64,000 nt of DNA from Selaginella moellendorffii (lineage: Eukaryota; Plantae; Lycopodiophyta): contig NW_003314330.1 in NCBI RefSeq assembly GCF_000143415.4, forward strand, positions 496,001-560,000, in the 5' to 3' direction. The notes beneath the pieces are model-generated. The model had not been told where the DNA came from. It searched no databases and saw only the letters and a list, made by a program, of their open reading frames with translations. Both the position numbers and the translations under genes were made by a program. Shown here in pieces: positions 63,001 through 64,000 of this stretch. How positions within the stretch are numbered: position 1 is the first letter of the stretch; each line of letters begins with the position of its first letter.

Positions 63001-64000
63001 CTAAAAACCAAATCAGGACGGTCTTTAGGGCTTTCATTTGGATGTAGATTTCCTATAATTTCTGGCCATTTAGGGTTGCAAGTGAAAGTAATGAAAATAT
63101 CTGGTTTTGAGTAATGAGCAACAATTGCCATTGCATCTTGATAATTTTGTTGCATTGCTCTGGGGCCACCACCAAAACTTGAAGGTAGTATAACAATTTT
63201 ACCAAGGTTCATATTTTCATTGAAAGCACGATTTGCAATATAATCCATAAGACCAGTATACATTTCTACTCGTAATTGTTTTTGGTGGGTACGATAATAA
63301 TACAGGTTATTACTCTCAACTTTGACATAAGCATCAACAATGTATTGTTGAGTAAGCTTGCCAGCATGTAAGATTTGGTCAAAACCTAATTGTAGTGTGT
63401 CTCTTTTAGATAAACGGTATGCATAATATAGAAGTAATGTAATTCGACGTCTTTGTGTATTCAAAATATTAGTATGCCATCCTTTATCACCAAAAGGAAA
63501 TATCAAAGGATAAACCATAGGATCACAATTAATATCAAGTGTTGAAATCGTTCTAGAAAGATTTGCCGTAGGATGTATACAAATTTCACGTCCATGTGGG
63601 GGTTCTCCATTCTCACTAACAAAAACAACAGCAACTTCATTTGTTTGTGGTATATTATAATGTCGAAGATCAGTTTCTTCATTCCTTAGTAACATATAAA
63701 CACCACGTAAAGGCCGGCCTGTAACTACTACTTCATGAAGTTCTTTTTGTTCCATTTCATACATCATTCTATAAGCCTGTGCATATGGATTAATATGACG
63801 AAGGAGTGTATCAAGATGTAATAATAAATCTCACTCGCAACTTGTATTAAATGGGTTTTGATGCCTTATATCTGTGGCTTCTTGTGTATCTAGCATATAA
63901 AGTTGACCATAAGATGGACTTTGATCGCTAGAAGAATGTGATGACATGACACTATGATAAATCTGTCCATGAATTCTAAAGCAATAAGGACCGTTACCCC
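60029..64000 (-). mobile_element. Helitron (Rep/Helicase), 3' end at 60029, 5' part beyond the window
   Basis: Ends CTAG|T on the minus strand with palindrome AGCATATGCT upstream, and contains RepHel coding remnants. Confidence 0.93.
60172..64000 (-). pseudogene. Helitron RepHel (HUH Rep + PIF1 helicase) broken by frameshifts and stops
   Basis: Rep motifs PDIFITFTCNPKWPEI, YVIEFQKRGLPHCHFL and SIKYLFQYVYKG. Helicase motifs FIDGPGGTGKTF, LIWDEISM, GDFRQILPVI, RRQFPVRLGYCLTISKCQGQT and FTHGQLYVALSR. Split over several ORFs. Confidence 0.95.

Overview
Eukaryotic plant nuclear DNA. Compact genes with ~45-70 nt introns, the PLS-class PPR style and the TE repertoire suggest a lycophyte such as Selaginella (inference, not a database match). 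GC-rich gene islands alternate with AT-rich, transition-eroded TE tracts. The first island (4.7-30.5 kb, interrupted by an AT-rich spacer at 8.1-11.5 kb) holds LHCB4, a PLS-E PPR, a Kazal inhibitor, PABP, cyclin A, a zinc-ribbon protein, a MOSC/ARC protein, ENOD93, an intron-rich ISA2, a dirigent protein, ACR11/12, tRNA-Ser(GCT) and a GH81 glucanase. The second (49.5-55.3 kb) holds MMS21/NSE2, an Msp1/ATAD1-like AAA ATPase and two unknown proteins. TEs include two decayed copies of one short-LTR Ty3/Gypsy family, a solo LTR with target-site duplication (TSD), chromovirus-like remnants, a RepHel Helitron inserted into an LTR, and a 287-bp mini-Helitron sharing its 3' end. The most striking feature is an 8.5-kb TIR DNA transposon (30744-39235) with 54-bp TIRs, TAT..ATA ends and a CATTC TSD. 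It carries an intron-containing IS3/IS481-type integrase-core DDE transposase and a second multi-exon gene ending in a HECT E3 ubiquitin-ligase domain with the catalytic Cys retained. Also notable are two very AT-rich intronless paralogues encoding a secreted protein with an unrecognised N-terminal domain fused to a GNA/bulb-type lectin. There is one assembly gap (47549-47705). Exon boundaries were read by eye and are approximate unless stated.
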